A stretch of 64,000 bases of DNA, from NCBI GenBank assembly GCA_041746255.1, contig JBGTHM010000005.1, positions 79,025 to 143,024 on the forward strand, in the 5' to 3' direction. The position numbers and the translations under genes were made by a program. The DNA comes from Fibrobacteria bacterium (lineage in GTDB: Bacteria > Fibrobacterota > Fibrobacteria > UBA11236). Position 1 is the stretch's first letter; every line of letters begins with the position of its first letter. Shown in pieces: positions 30,698 through 40,582 of the stretch. The notes under the pieces are model-generated. The model was not told the origin of the DNA. It saw only the letters and a program-made list of their open reading frames with translations, and did no database searches.

Positions 30698-31906
30698 ATG
30701 TCCAATCCGACCGGAAAAAGCGGATCTTCCCGCCATGGCCTTTCCCTGGGACCCGTGCGCATCGCAGGCCGCATCGGCGTCGGCATCCGAATCGCCATGT
30801 TCATCGGAACCCTTATCGCGCTGCTGCTCGATCGTAATCTTGTAGCCACCATCCTGCTGGGTATTTCCTTCGTAATGGGAATATACACCTCCTTTCAACT
30901 GCGCCATCAGGATATCGAAAGACCTTTGGCGCTCTTCTGGTTGGGATTAGGGGAAAAAGCCCTCGCCAACCTCATTTTCCTGACTTTATTTCTGAGGCTT
31001 TTGTGGACACCCTCTGAAACTTTCCCCACCATGCTCGCCTCCGGACTCGCGGTAATCACCGTCCGCAATATTTTTTACCTGGTATTTTCCACCCTGCTGC
31101 TGCGCGAAAAGCGCGAGCTCCCTCTCAACTCCCTTTGGGGCAAAGTCACCACTTTGTCCATGAACATCACCATGATGTTGTATGTTTGGAACTCGGAGCA
31201 TTATTCCCACATCATGATGGTGGTGAGCCTTTTACTCATGACTTCCACCTCGATAGGATACCTCTATTATTATTATCGCGACGAAAGCGCTCGTAAGCCG
31301 GTTTCCGTGGCCACCCAGCTCACCCTCAGCCGTATCATACTCAGTCCCATTTTCATTTGGGTCTTTTTTTATGACAACGATCTCATCTACCAGAACAACC
31401 ACCTGGTTTTTAAAATCCTTGCCGCTTTACTCGCCATCTTCCTGGTCGTGAGCGACGGGCTCGACGGATACCTCGCCCGGAAAAGGGGAGAAGTCACCCT
31501 GCTGGGGAAATACCTGGACCCCTATTCGGACAAAGTATCCAACATGACCATCTTCCTATGTTTTTTGGCTTCAGGTTACGCCGCCGTGTGGATGGTGGCG
31601 GTCATTTTCTTCCGGGAATCGACGATTGAGACTCTGCGAACCCTGGCAGCCGCCGAAGGCGTGGTGGTGGACGCCCGTAAAAGCGGAAAATGGAAAACCG
31701 CCCTGCAAGGAACGGCCATCATCTCCATTCTGGTGCTGGAAATTGTGGATACCTTGCTGCTGCGGCACGTGGGACATATTCCCTATTGGGATGGGATTTG
31801 GGATCAAACCCCTTATACGCTTATGTTTCTGGTTACCTTGGCAACGCTCCTATCAGGAGTGGATTATTTCGTCGCCAACAAACAGATTCTCAAGCGCCAT
31901 TTTTAA
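30698..31906 (+). CDS. CDP-alcohol phosphatidyltransferase (PgsA-like) with duplicated degenerate N-terminal domain
   Basis: C-terminal DGLDGYLAR...G..LDPYSDK, FRE, GKWKT; the N-terminal half echoes the same layout. Start position uncertain. Confidence 0.85.
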   Translation: MSNPTGKSGSSRHGLSLGPVRIAGRIGVGIRIAMFIGTLIALLLDRNLVATILLGISFVMGIYTSFQLRHQDIERPLALFWLGLGEKALANLIFLTLFLRLLWTPSETFPTMLASGLAVITVRNIFYLVFSTLLLREKRELPLNSLWGKVTTLSMNITMMLYVWNSEHYSHIMMVVSLLLMTSTSIGYLYYYYRDESARKPVSVATQLTLSRIILSPIFIWVFFYDNDLIYQNNHLVFKILAALLAIFLVVSDGLDGYLARKRGEVTLLGKYLDPYSDKVSNMTIFLCFLASGYAAVWMVAVIFFRESTIETLRTLAAAEGVVVDARKSGKWKTALQGTAIISILVLEIVDTLLLRHVGHIPYWDGIWDQTPYTLMFLVTLATLLSGVDYFVANKQILKRHF

Positions 31907-31956
31907 CTCGGCTTTCAGCCCGGCGAAGCCAGCAGGGCTTGGGAGAGGCGCTCATC

Positions 31957-33711
31957 CTATAGCGATTGTTTGGCTTGAATGGAAAAGCTGGGCCCACCAA
32001 GGGCATCCTCTCCTAATGGCCATGCGAGATTGATATGATTGACCACTTTTTGCACTGACTTGCTGGCTCCTAATCGCAAGCCGAAACCCACGGAATAATG
32101 GAGTTCCTTTAAATCGAAATCGTTATGGGTGGGAAAGGTATTTCCGGCATTGGCGAAAACCGCGAGGGCCGGCACCACGGTACCGAATTCGAAGTTGGGG
32201 AAAACGCGCTGTTCGGCCGCCACCAGAAATTGAGCTTGGCCGGCATAATATTCATTGGGAAATCCGTTAAGCCCCGTCGCTTCCCCCAAGAGAAATTGCT
32301 GGCTGGCGTCCCGCGCGAAATAGTTATTCCAATTGACGGAAAAAATACTGGCCAGCACGGATACAGGCTTCCATTGGTATCCGAAAGTGGCGGACGCTCG
32401 ACCGTCGTTCACCTCCCCCGCGGGTGAAAGGAAATAGTTCATGGAAAAGCTGTTTCCGAGAAAATGTTGGTTGTTCCAGATGTTATTATAGACCAATTCA
32501 TGCTTGAAATAAAAATCCGAATTGTCCGCGCCCAAAAAGCCCATGTTGCTACCGATGGCATTGGTTAGCCGCCATCCCACGCTTACGGATTCGTTCCATT
32601 TCAAATTGCGGTAGTTCCGGACGGTTTTATAGTCATATCGCAAGAGACTCAATTCCAATCCCGATACATAATTGGTTTTTTCGTTCACCCGGTATATCGA
32701 TTCGGGAAACACGCCCAAATCCAACAGCGCCTGATTCTCCACGCGTATGGGGCCTACGTTATAGCGCTCCTGAAAATCCAGAAAGAGGGATAAATTTATT
32801 TTCTGAGTTGAACCGAAAGAGCGGGTGGCCGAAAGAGCGCCGTTGTAAGTAGCCACCCTGTCGAACTGCAGGAGTCGTTGGCTTGACGATCCCAATTTCT
32901 TTTGCAAGCTGTCCGCCGCTCCATTTTGCCCGGACGGGTCCGAATAGGCATTCGCATCCCAGTAAACCCATTCCGACGATTCCCTTCCGCCCGCGCTGGC
33001 GTTAAAGGCGTATTTCGCGCTGCGGGACTCCAGAGGCCGCGAAAGGGTGAGGTTGTAACTGAATCCGTCGCTCAGATGCGCGGCGCTTGCGCCTAGACGA
33101 AGCTTGAAAGGGGTGAGGGCGTTATTGTTATAGTCCACCCAGCGCGTATCGCGGAACCGGTCGTGGCCCAGAAAGAATCCCAGGCGTTGTCCCGTTCCAA
33201 GCAGGTTACTTTCAAGCAGGCCGAACCAATATTCCCATTCGCCATGCGAACGGCCCAGACTGACGCCGGGCGTGGTGCTCCACTGATCGAAAGTCGTGAT
33301 TTTCACCTCCACGGATCCGTTCCCGCCAGGTTTGATTTCGGCGACCGCGTCCGCCAAAAATTCTTCCGAACGCAAAACATGCTCCGCTTCCATCAAAATG
33401 CTTCTGGTAACGGTATCGCCTGCCGCGAAAATCAGGCGTCTCTCAATGGTGCCGCGACGCGATTCGATGTGTAACATGTTACCCAAATTGAAAACCCACT
33501 GCTCTCCTTCCGTGTGAACCGCCGATCCCTCGAAGGCGTCCTTAATGTCGATATGGATCGAATCGGCACGCGCCGAAAAGGTATCGGGGAGATCCTTAGC
33601 GAGGATAAAACCCGGGCTACGGTTAAAGAGCCGCTCTTCGGAAGCATGGAAAGGGAGCGTGGTCAATGCGAACAGGCCTAGGGTGGCAAGAAACGTTTTA
33701 TTCGGTATCAA
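31957..33711 (-). CDS. Omp85/BamA-TamA family outer membrane protein
   Basis: Signal peptide after a GGAAAGGA RBS (TTG start); POTRA-like region; ESNLLGTG; LNGFP loop; VGFGLRL barrel end. Confidence 0.8.
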   Translation of the reverse strand: MIPNKTFLATLGLFALTTLPFHASEERLFNRSPGFILAKDLPDTFSARADSIHIDIKDAFEGSAVHTEGEQWVFNLGNMLHIESRRGTIERRLIFAAGDTVTRSILMEAEHVLRSEEFLADAVAEIKPGGNGSVEVKITTFDQWSTTPGVSLGRSHGEWEYWFGLLESNLLGTGQRLGFFLGHDRFRDTRWVDYNNNALTPFKLRLGASAAHLSDGFSYNLTLSRPLESRSAKYAFNASAGGRESSEWVYWDANAYSDPSGQNGAADSLQKKLGSSSQRLLQFDRVATYNGALSATRSFGSTQKINLSLFLDFQERYNVGPIRVENQALLDLGVFPESIYRVNEKTNYVSGLELSLLRYDYKTVRNYRNLKWNESVSVGWRLTNAIGSNMGFLGADNSDFYFKHELVYNNIWNNQHFLGNSFSMNYFLSPAGEVNDGRASATFGYQWKPVSVLASIFSVNWNNYFARDASQQFLLGEATGLNGFPNEYYAGQAQFLVAAEQRVFPNFEFGTVVPALAVFANAGNTFPTHNDFDLKELHYSVGFGLRLGASKSVQKVVNHINLAWPLGEDALGGPSFSIQAKQSL

Positions 33712-33749
33712 ATGGGGTTCCTTTCCACCGGCATTCAGGGACGGAAGAA

Positions 33750-34158
33750 GAAGCGGGTCTATAAGCCGGGTTTTGTCTCGGAAAATCCGCTTGCGCGGAA
33801 TCTTCCGGTATGGCCATCCCTCTAGGACGACGGTTGCCCGCCGCCTCATGCAACCTACCCGGTGACGCGGAACGGACCATTCCGAAGCCTTCTTACGAAG
33901 ACCGTGTCACCCTATTTGGTCTTGCACCGGATGGGGTTTACCCTGCCATCCCTGTCGCCAGAGACGCGGTGAGCTCTTACCTCGCCATTTCACCCTTACC
34001 GGAAAACGCTCACGCGTGTACCGGCGGTATCATTTCTGTGGCACTTTCCATCCCGTTTCCGGGTCTGGCCGTTAGCCAGCATCCTGTCCTGTGGTGCCCG
34101 GACTTTCCTCTCCTTCGCGGAAATGCATCCTTGAAAGAGCGGCCATCCAACCCGCTTC
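33750..34158 (-). ncRNA. rnpB: RNase P RNA
   Basis: Minus strand has GAGGAAAGTCCGGGCACC near the 5' end and GACAAAACCCGGCTTAT near the 3' end; the termini GAAGCGGGTT and AGACCCGCTTC pair as P1. Confidence 0.97.
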
Positions 34159-34201
34159 CTCGTCCACCCCGATTCGCCTGGGAATGTGATTTTACAATGT
34201 A

Positions 34202-34714
34202 CTATAGCGCCGACGCCTCGGTCTCGACTTCGGCCAGGGCTTTTTTAATCTGGCGATATCCCCCATGTCTTTCCAGCGCTTCGCGAAGCTTTTGGTGGCG
34301 CGCCTTTTCGCCCTGGATACAACGTTTCCCCAGACTTCCCGCTTCGAAACGGGAGTTAAACCCCGCTTCCAGGGTATATTTGGCTTCCAGTAAGCTCCGG
34401 ACCTTATCGTTTTCAGGGGTTTCGCCCGCCAACTTGGCCTGGGTGAGGGCTTCGTTCAGACGTAAATATTCCCCGTCTTCCGCCCTGAGGACGCGCAACA
34501 ACGAGTCTTTGCCGCGTCCGCAGGTGCGGATGTCGGCTTTCTCCTCCACCGTATAGAGGGACCGCTCCACCTCACGGCTGATGGAGTCGAGCTGTCGATA
34601 CAATTCTCTGGGGTCCCGGCTATTTGGATGAGGCTGTGCGGAAACGGAGGAGAACAGTCCCATCCCGAACACCACCGCCCAACCGAAAAAATTCCACTTC
34701 AGCATTTTTTTCAT
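34202..34714 (-). CDS. Hypothetical secreted helical protein
   Basis: Signal peptide ending VSA-Q; two Cys; charged helical body. Confidence 0.65.
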   Translation of the reverse strand: MKKMLKWNFFGWAVVFGMGLFSSVSAQPHPNSRDPRELYRQLDSISREVERSLYTVEEKADIRTCGRGKDSLLRVLRAEDGEYLRLNEALTQAKLAGETPENDKVRSLLEAKYTLEAGFNSRFEAGSLGKRCIQGEKARHQKLREALERHGGYRQIKKALAEVETEASAL

Positions 34715-34851
34715 CGTCACAACATACCCCCCACCTGAATTCGGAAAGCAGCGACAAGGTTATTGACGAGGCTATTTTTTCCAGTTGCCCGGAAAATACC
34801 AATCTCCTCTCCGGTTCACAATATTGCTTTGCATTTTCGCGTTTTGGTATC

Positions 34852-35007
34852 ATGAATACTCATGATCATCACTTTTCCTCGAGAATGAAGGTAGCCGTCG
34901 TGACCGGGGCTACCGGGCTTATGGGCCCCGAATTCTACCGATATATTCCCGAAAAACTGCGAGACACCCAGGATTCCGATCGCGATTGCGGGAGAAAGCG
35001 CAGCTAG
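34852..35007 (+). pseudogene. Remnant of an SDR/NAD-dependent oxidoreductase
   Basis: MKVAVVTGATGLMG Rossmann motif followed by a stop about 26 codons later. Confidence 0.55.
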
Positions 35008-36689
35008 TGGGATCCGCCTCGGTTTGGTGGAAGGTTCTGCTCGCAGCGGCATTCGCAGCGGCTGTAGCCCTTCGTCTCTATGGATTGGGTGAACGGGGAA
35101 TCTTCTATCATGACGAAGGCATGTACGTCGCCCTGGCGAAATACCACTCCGGACTGTTGCAGACCTTTTTAACGGATCTATTCCAGGCCCGGTTATCCAG
35201 CCAATCGCTGCTGGAGAAGGCGGATGCCCTGTGGTTGGAAGGTGGAACCCCCTGGATGCGGGCCCATGCCCTGCATGAATATTCACTAATAGCCCTGTTT
35301 ACCGTATTTTCTCCCACCGAAACCCTTAATCACATTCTCATTACCGCGTGCAGCCTGCTTACCTTTCCCATTTTGTTGGGATTTACGTGGTCGCGAAAGC
35401 AAGGCGAAACCCCATCCGCAGGCAGGTGGGTCGGAGTGATAGCGGCTTTACTACTGGCATTTTCCGTATGGGACCTCCACTCCTCCCGATCCGGATTGAG
35501 CCAATCCATGAGTTTGCTGGTCACCTGTTTAACCCTGCGACTGGCTTGGGAAATACCCGCGGAGAAAATCATGACGGTGCGGAGATTGGTGGGAATAGGC
35601 GTTCTGACCGGCCTGGCATTCACCACGCATTACAACCTGTTTTGGCTACCGTTGCTCATGGCATTCTGGGTGGGTTGGTGTGATTGGAAGCGGAAAGCGC
35701 AGTTGAGGGAATGGATTCGGAATTCAGCCTGGCTGGGGGCGGGAATGCTGTTCCCGCTGCTGGTTTTCGAAGCTCCGCATCGCCTCCTGCGTGGGTGGTT
35801 TACCGGCCGGCCTTTCGCACCATATTACGAGCTTCCTTTATTTCGGCAAATCCCAAGTTATATCGAGCAGGTTTTCCATCAGGTTTTCTATTGGGAAAAG
35901 GTGGGTCCGCAACCTCCGCTCAATCCACTATTTCTGCCTTCGGCCCTGTGGGAATTGGAGGGGCCTTTTTTTTCATCCCTGTTGCTGCTTGGAGTGATGG
36001 GGTTGGTTTTGCGGATGCGAAGCCGCGATCCGAGGGCGTGGTTGCTCCTGGCATGGGCCACCCTCCCCTATGCTATCTGGACCGCATTCGGGTATGCGGG
36101 GCTGCGTAGTTTTTTTCCCATGCTCCTTCCGCTTTGCATCGGTTGCGCTTCGTTACTGGTAGAATTAGGAGCAGGGATGAAAAAGCGGATGGATGGCGCG
36201 CTTTGGCATGGCGGGGTTTTGTCGCTGTTCGTTTTGCTTGTGGCCATTCAGGCGCCTCGGCTTTGGCCTCTCGCGCAAACCGTATCCCCCTGGAAACAAA
36301 TGGCCGAAGCGGTATTAAGGTATGAACAAAAACACGGCCCCGTTCGCATTGCGGATGCGGAACTCAGCGATCGGAACCGCATCATCTACAGGTACTATCT
36401 CGGCGCCAGAATAGACCGAACCGTCCCTCGTTCCCGTTTTCTACTGGTCGACCCCTCCAGCCAAGACCAGCGTTGGAATAAAAACCCCCGCGTCTATAAC
36501 GCGCTCGAAAATAGCGTACCGGTCATTAGGATGGATCTTCCCATCCAGAAAATCCTCCTGAGCCATCAAACCGGAGATCCCTGGTTTGAACAGGAATATT
36601 TCTCCGGCAGATTCGGCCATGCATTCGCCCTCTATGACCTGGGCCATGGCGAAGAGACTCAAGAGCACGGGGAGGTTTTGCAACCATGA
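35007..36689 (+). CDS. GT-C (ArnT/PMT-like, GT39/GT83) membrane glycosyltransferase
   Basis: LRL...DE motif after TM1; many TM helices. Start is 34986 or 35007. Confidence 0.8.
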   Translation: MGSASVWWKVLLAAAFAAAVALRLYGLGERGIFYHDEGMYVALAKYHSGLLQTFLTDLFQARLSSQSLLEKADALWLEGGTPWMRAHALHEYSLIALFTVFSPTETLNHILITACSLLTFPILLGFTWSRKQGETPSAGRWVGVIAALLLAFSVWDLHSSRSGLSQSMSLLVTCLTLRLAWEIPAEKIMTVRRLVGIGVLTGLAFTTHYNLFWLPLLMAFWVGWCDWKRKAQLREWIRNSAWLGAGMLFPLLVFEAPHRLLRGWFTGRPFAPYYELPLFRQIPSYIEQVFHQVFYWEKVGPQPPLNPLFLPSALWELEGPFFSSLLLLGVMGLVLRMRSRDPRAWLLLAWATLPYAIWTAFGYAGLRSFFPMLLPLCIGCASLLVELGAGMKKRMDGALWHGGVLSLFVLLVAIQAPRLWPLAQTVSPWKQMAEAVLRYEQKHGPVRIADAELSDRNRIIYRYYLGARIDRTVPRSRFLLVDPSSQDQRWNKNPRVYNALENSVPVIRMDLPIQKILLSHQTGDPWFEQEYFSGRFGHAFALYDLGHGEETQEHGEVLQP

Positions 36690-38155
36690 ATAAAGCGGCG
36701 ATTGCAGCCTATTTCCATAATATCGCTCCGGATTGGGAATATTGGCAAGCCCGGAACCGCTACTACCATTCCACTCTAAATGAGAGCATTCAAGACATGG
36801 TTCCAACGGGAATGGACGTACTGGAGTTGGGATGCGGAACAGGCGATCTCTTGTCCATGTTGAAACCGCGACGGGGTATCGGCATCAATTTCGGTCAGGC
36901 ACTCACCGATTTGGCCGCCACGAAATATCCCGGTTTGGAATTCCGCAATGCCAAAGTCGACCGGTTGCCCGATCTCGAGGGATTCAAGCCCGATGTGATT
37001 GTCATGAACAACATGCTCGATTATGTCTATGACATCTGGGAATTACTGGATCAATTGCATCCGCTATTTACACCCGGAACCCTCCTTATCATGACCACCA
37101 ATAACCCCTTGTGGGCGCCGATTTTGCGCTTGGCCAGCCGGTTCCGTTTACGTTTCCCCGAATCGCCGCGCAATTTTATCACCAACCGGGACATTCAGGG
37201 AGTCGTGGAAGCCAAGGGATTCGCCGTAGTGGAACAGTCCATCAAACTGCCCGTTCCCATATACATCCCCCTGGCTTCCGCTTTAATCAATACCGTCATT
37301 CCCGAAATTCCGGTTATCCGCTTGCTGGGATCCGTACAATTCCTCACGGCCCGTCTGCTAACCACCCGAAAGCAACTGAGCCTCTCCGTAGTGATTCCCT
37401 GTCATAACGAGGAAGATAATATCGTGGAATGCATTGAGCGGATTCCCATGCTGGGTGTGAACCTGGAGATTTTGATCGTGGACGACGGTTCCCGGGACGC
37501 TACCCGGCAACGCGTGCAGACCTTGATGTCGCATAGGCCGAACTTGAGGCTGATACCCTGTGATCGCAACCAAGGAAAGGCCGCCGCGGTACGCGAAGGA
37601 TTTCTTACCGCCCGCAACGAGGTGATTATCATTCTGGATGCCGACATGGCGGTGCCTCCCGAGGAGTTGCCGAAATTTTTCGAGCCCCTGCAGGACGGAC
37701 GCTGCGATTTCGTGAACGGAATCCGGTTCGTCTACCCCATGGAAGGCAAAGCCATGAAAACCCTGAACTTCGTCGGTAACAAGATTTTCTGTTTCTTGAT
37801 GAGCTGGATTTTACGCCAACGGATCAGCGACACCCTATGCGGCACCAAAGCATTATTGCGCAAGGATTATCTGCGCATGCATTGGCGCGAGGATGATAAG
37901 TGGGGCGATTTCGGATTGCTGTTTGAAGCCGCTCGCCGGAAACTGCGTATATTGGAAATCCCCGTGCATTATCATGAACGCAAAGCGGGCAATTCCAAAA
38001 TGCGGGCATTTCGCGAAGGTGTGGTGTTTCTGCGCGCTTGCGCGCGCGGATGGATAAGGTTGAGATTTCCTTCCCGCAATACTTCCGAAAAGGCGGCGGA
38101 GCGAAATTCGCTTTGGCGGGAATTGCATCCCCTGCGAGCCGAGTCGGCAGCATGA
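36686..38155 (+). CDS. SAM methyltransferase-like domain fused to a GT2 (DPM synthase-like) glycosyltransferase
   Basis: VLELGCGTG; VVIPCHNEE, VDDGSRD, DAD, DTLCGTK. Confidence 0.92.
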   Translation: MNKAAIAAYFHNIAPDWEYWQARNRYYHSTLNESIQDMVPTGMDVLELGCGTGDLLSMLKPRRGIGINFGQALTDLAATKYPGLEFRNAKVDRLPDLEGFKPDVIVMNNMLDYVYDIWELLDQLHPLFTPGTLLIMTTNNPLWAPILRLASRFRLRFPESPRNFITNRDIQGVVEAKGFAVVEQSIKLPVPIYIPLASALINTVIPEIPVIRLLGSVQFLTARLLTTRKQLSLSVVIPCHNEEDNIVECIERIPMLGVNLEILIVDDGSRDATRQRVQTLMSHRPNLRLIPCDRNQGKAAAVREGFLTARNEVIIILDADMAVPPEELPKFFEPLQDGRCDFVNGIRFVYPMEGKAMKTLNFVGNKIFCFLMSWILRQRISDTLCGTKALLRKDYLRMHWREDDKWGDFGLLFEAARRKLRILEIPVHYHERKAGNSKMRAFREGVVFLRACARGWIRLRFPSRNTSEKAAERNSLWRELHPLRAESAA

Positions 38156-38904
38156 AAAAAGGCCCCGCAACGGAGTCTTCGCGAATTTATTTGACCCGGC
38201 ATCGGGAGGCTTGGGAACGAAAGCCCTTCCTGAGACAGGTCTATCGCAACCAATTTCATTCGCGCTTGCTGACGGCTTGTACCGGGGAGGGAGCCCTGCT
38301 GGAATTGGCGTCAGGTCCCGGCTTTCTCAAAGACAGCCATCCTTCCCTTATCGCCACGGACATTACGCTATCGGATAAAATTGATGTCGCCGCCGACGCC
38401 TGCAGACTGCCTTTTAAAAATGCCTGCGTTGCGAATGTCGTAGGCATAGACGCCCTGCACCATTTTCCCCGCCCTAGCGATTGTTTATCCGAAGCGGAGC
38501 GGGTGTTGAAACCTGGGGGACGATTGGTTCTTATCGAACCGTGGATTACCCCCTTCTCCTATTTACTCTACCGTTTTTTCCACCAGGAAGACTGCCGGTT
38601 CGACACGGACCTATATCAACCCTGGCAAGGCCGTAAAAGCGCCATGGACGGTAACCAAGCCATTCCTTTCCGTTTTTTCGGAGGTGGTAAACCGGCATTT
38701 GCCGAAATCAATAGCGGGCTGCGGATTAAAAAAATCGAACCGTTCGCTTTTTGGTGCTATCTGGGAAGCATGGGTTTCAAGTCCGCCAATTTTATTCCAG
38801 GTCGGTTTTTTCCATGGATGTCCCGATGGGAGGAGGCGACGCGACCTCTCTGGCGGAAGGGCTTCGCCCTGAAAGCGCTCATCGTTCTGGAAAAAAAGAC
38901 CTAG
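38152..38904 (+). CDS. Class I SAM-dependent methyltransferase
   Basis: LELASGPG, DACRLPF, LHH, RVLKPGG; ATGA coupling. Confidence 0.9.
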   Translation: MKKGPATESSRIYLTRHREAWERKPFLRQVYRNQFHSRLLTACTGEGALLELASGPGFLKDSHPSLIATDITLSDKIDVAADACRLPFKNACVANVVGIDALHHFPRPSDCLSEAERVLKPGGRLVLIEPWITPFSYLLYRFFHQEDCRFDTDLYQPWQGRKSAMDGNQAIPFRFFGGGKPAFAEINSGLRIKKIEPFAFWCYLGSMGFKSANFIPGRFFPWMSRWEEATRPLWRKGFALKALIVLEKKT

Positions 38905-39578
38905 CGAATTGAAAACCGGCTTCTTCCCAGCCGTAAAAACAACCCGGACAACAACAGTAAACCGGTTAGGAATCCCAGGAAAATACCCCACCCCGATAAT
39001 AACCAAGGTGAGCCAAGCATCACGGTAAAAAAGGCGACTACCATGACGAGGCTGGAAACCTGCGCCGCGCCGCGTACGCTATCGGAACCCAGCGAAATGA
39101 AGGCGCCCAGCGACCCCAGGAACAAGGCCATGGCCGGCATCATCAGGGCGGTTTTACCAACCAGGGCGGGAGTAAAGGCTTCCGCATTACCCGTCGCCAA
39201 CAGCATAACCACAAAAGCCGTCTGCCCCAGCCAACCCAGAAGCACGGGAATGGGAACCAGACCTAAAATCTTTCCCCAGAACAAAGCGTCCAAACTCACG
39301 GGAAGCGCAAACAAGACTTCGAAAGTTCGGCGTTCCCTTTCTCCGGCAAAAGCATCGGCACTCAAGGGAATCGTTAGGCTGGGCATGAGTAAAGTGAAAA
39401 GCACCAAAAAAGTGCGCGTGATTTGCCGCAGTTCTTCTGCGGAGACGGCCCACGCCAACGACAAGCCACCATGTATTCCCAGCAGCAGCAGGGGTGTCAA
39501 AAGGAATGGCGCCAGAAACCGAGGCTCCTTGCGGATGAGGCGCCACTCATGACGGGCTATGGTGAGAATGGGATTCAC
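38901..39578 (-). CDS. ABC-2 type transporter permease
   Basis: FAGERERRTFEVL..LPV, GK; about six TM helices. Confidence 0.88.
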   Translation of the reverse strand: MNPILTIARHEWRLIRKEPRFLAPFLLTPLLLLGIHGGLSLAWAVSAEELRQITRTFLVLFTLLMPSLTIPLSADAFAGERERRTFEVLFALPVSLDALFWGKILGLVPIPVLLGWLGQTAFVVMLLATGNAEAFTPALVGKTALMMPAMALFLGSLGAFISLGSDSVRGAAQVSSLVMVVAFFTVMLGSPWLLSGWGIFLGFLTGLLLLSGLFLRLGRSRFSIR

Positions 39579-40558
39579 GTTTCCGATACTCCCTCGCCGA
39601 AGAAATGGGAGTAGATGTCGGCCAAGTCGGGTCGGCATAATTCGATACGGCATACCGGCTCTCCCGCTTCAGACAGCCGACTAAGAGCCAGAGGCAGTTT
39701 TTCTTCCAATGCCGGTCCCGTCGCCCGGAAACGGTCGACAGCCAGGGGATTTACAGGAGCGCGGCGCTCCAATGACATGCCCAGAGGTTCCAGCAAAGAT
39801 TGAATTGCAGAAAGCTCGGCCCTTTGTAAAAATTCGATTTCCAAATAGGGCGGCCGGCCCGTTTCCCGGAAGGTTTGCTGCCTGTCTCCCGTGAAAAGCA
39901 ATTTACCGGCACGTAAAAAACCGAAGTGCGTGGCCAAACCTTCCACCTGTTCCAAACGGTGAGAAGTTAGCAGCAGAGACGCTCCCGTATCCTGCAGGTA
40001 ACCTCCGAGGTAGGTCAGAACCTCCTTTTGCGCCAAAGGATCGAGATGCTCGGTGGGCTCGTCCCATAATAGCAGTTTGGGCCGATGGAGTAGGCTGCGT
40101 ATGAGCTGAAGTTTCTGGCGCTGACCCTGCGACATTTTTCCCATGGGCTTTTGGTCTCCTCCAGAAAACCGCATGGCCAGGCAAAGCGCTCGCGCCCTTT
40201 CCTTCAAATCGGGAATGCCGTAAAAACTGCCGAAATATTCCAAATACTCGGGGGCGGTAAGCTTGCCGTACACACCGGCATTCTCGGGTACCACTCCGAT
40301 ATCGCGTAAATGCTCGCGATTTTTCCGTCCGATTCCGTTCACGTCCTCACCGAAAGCCCGCACGCTTCCCAGTCTGGGTTTGATTTGTCCCGTGATGCAG
40401 CGCATGAGCGTGCTTTTACCCGCGCCATTAGGTCCCAGCAGGGCCAAAACGGACCCGGGCGCCAGCGATAGTGAGAGACTCGCAAGAGCCGACGTGGATT
40501 TATTCCCCTTGCCATAACTGACGGAAAGGTTTTCTACCGCTAAAACGTCCATTTCCAT
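39575..40558 (-). CDS. ABC transporter ATP-binding protein
   Basis: GPNGAGKST, MSQGQRQK, DEPT. Confidence 0.95.
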   Translation of the reverse strand: MEMDVLAVENLSVSYGKGNKSTSALASLSLSLAPGSVLALLGPNGAGKSTLMRCITGQIKPRLGSVRAFGEDVNGIGRKNREHLRDIGVVPENAGVYGKLTAPEYLEYFGSFYGIPDLKERARALCLAMRFSGGDQKPMGKMSQGQRQKLQLIRSLLHRPKLLLWDEPTEHLDPLAQKEVLTYLGGYLQDTGASLLLTSHRLEQVEGLATHFGFLRAGKLLFTGDRQQTFRETGRPPYLEIEFLQRAELSAIQSLLEPLGMSLERRAPVNPLAVDRFRATGPALEEKLPLALSRLSEAGEPVCRIELCRPDLADIYSHFFGEGVSET

Positions 40559-40582
40559 TATTTACGATGCCGGAGGGAGCCA

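Noticed and set aside
33810..34556. 248-aa plus-strand ORF, and the 5' extension of the Omp85 ORF to 33849
   Set aside because: They overlap the RNase P RNA gene; a shadow ORF and an over-extended start.
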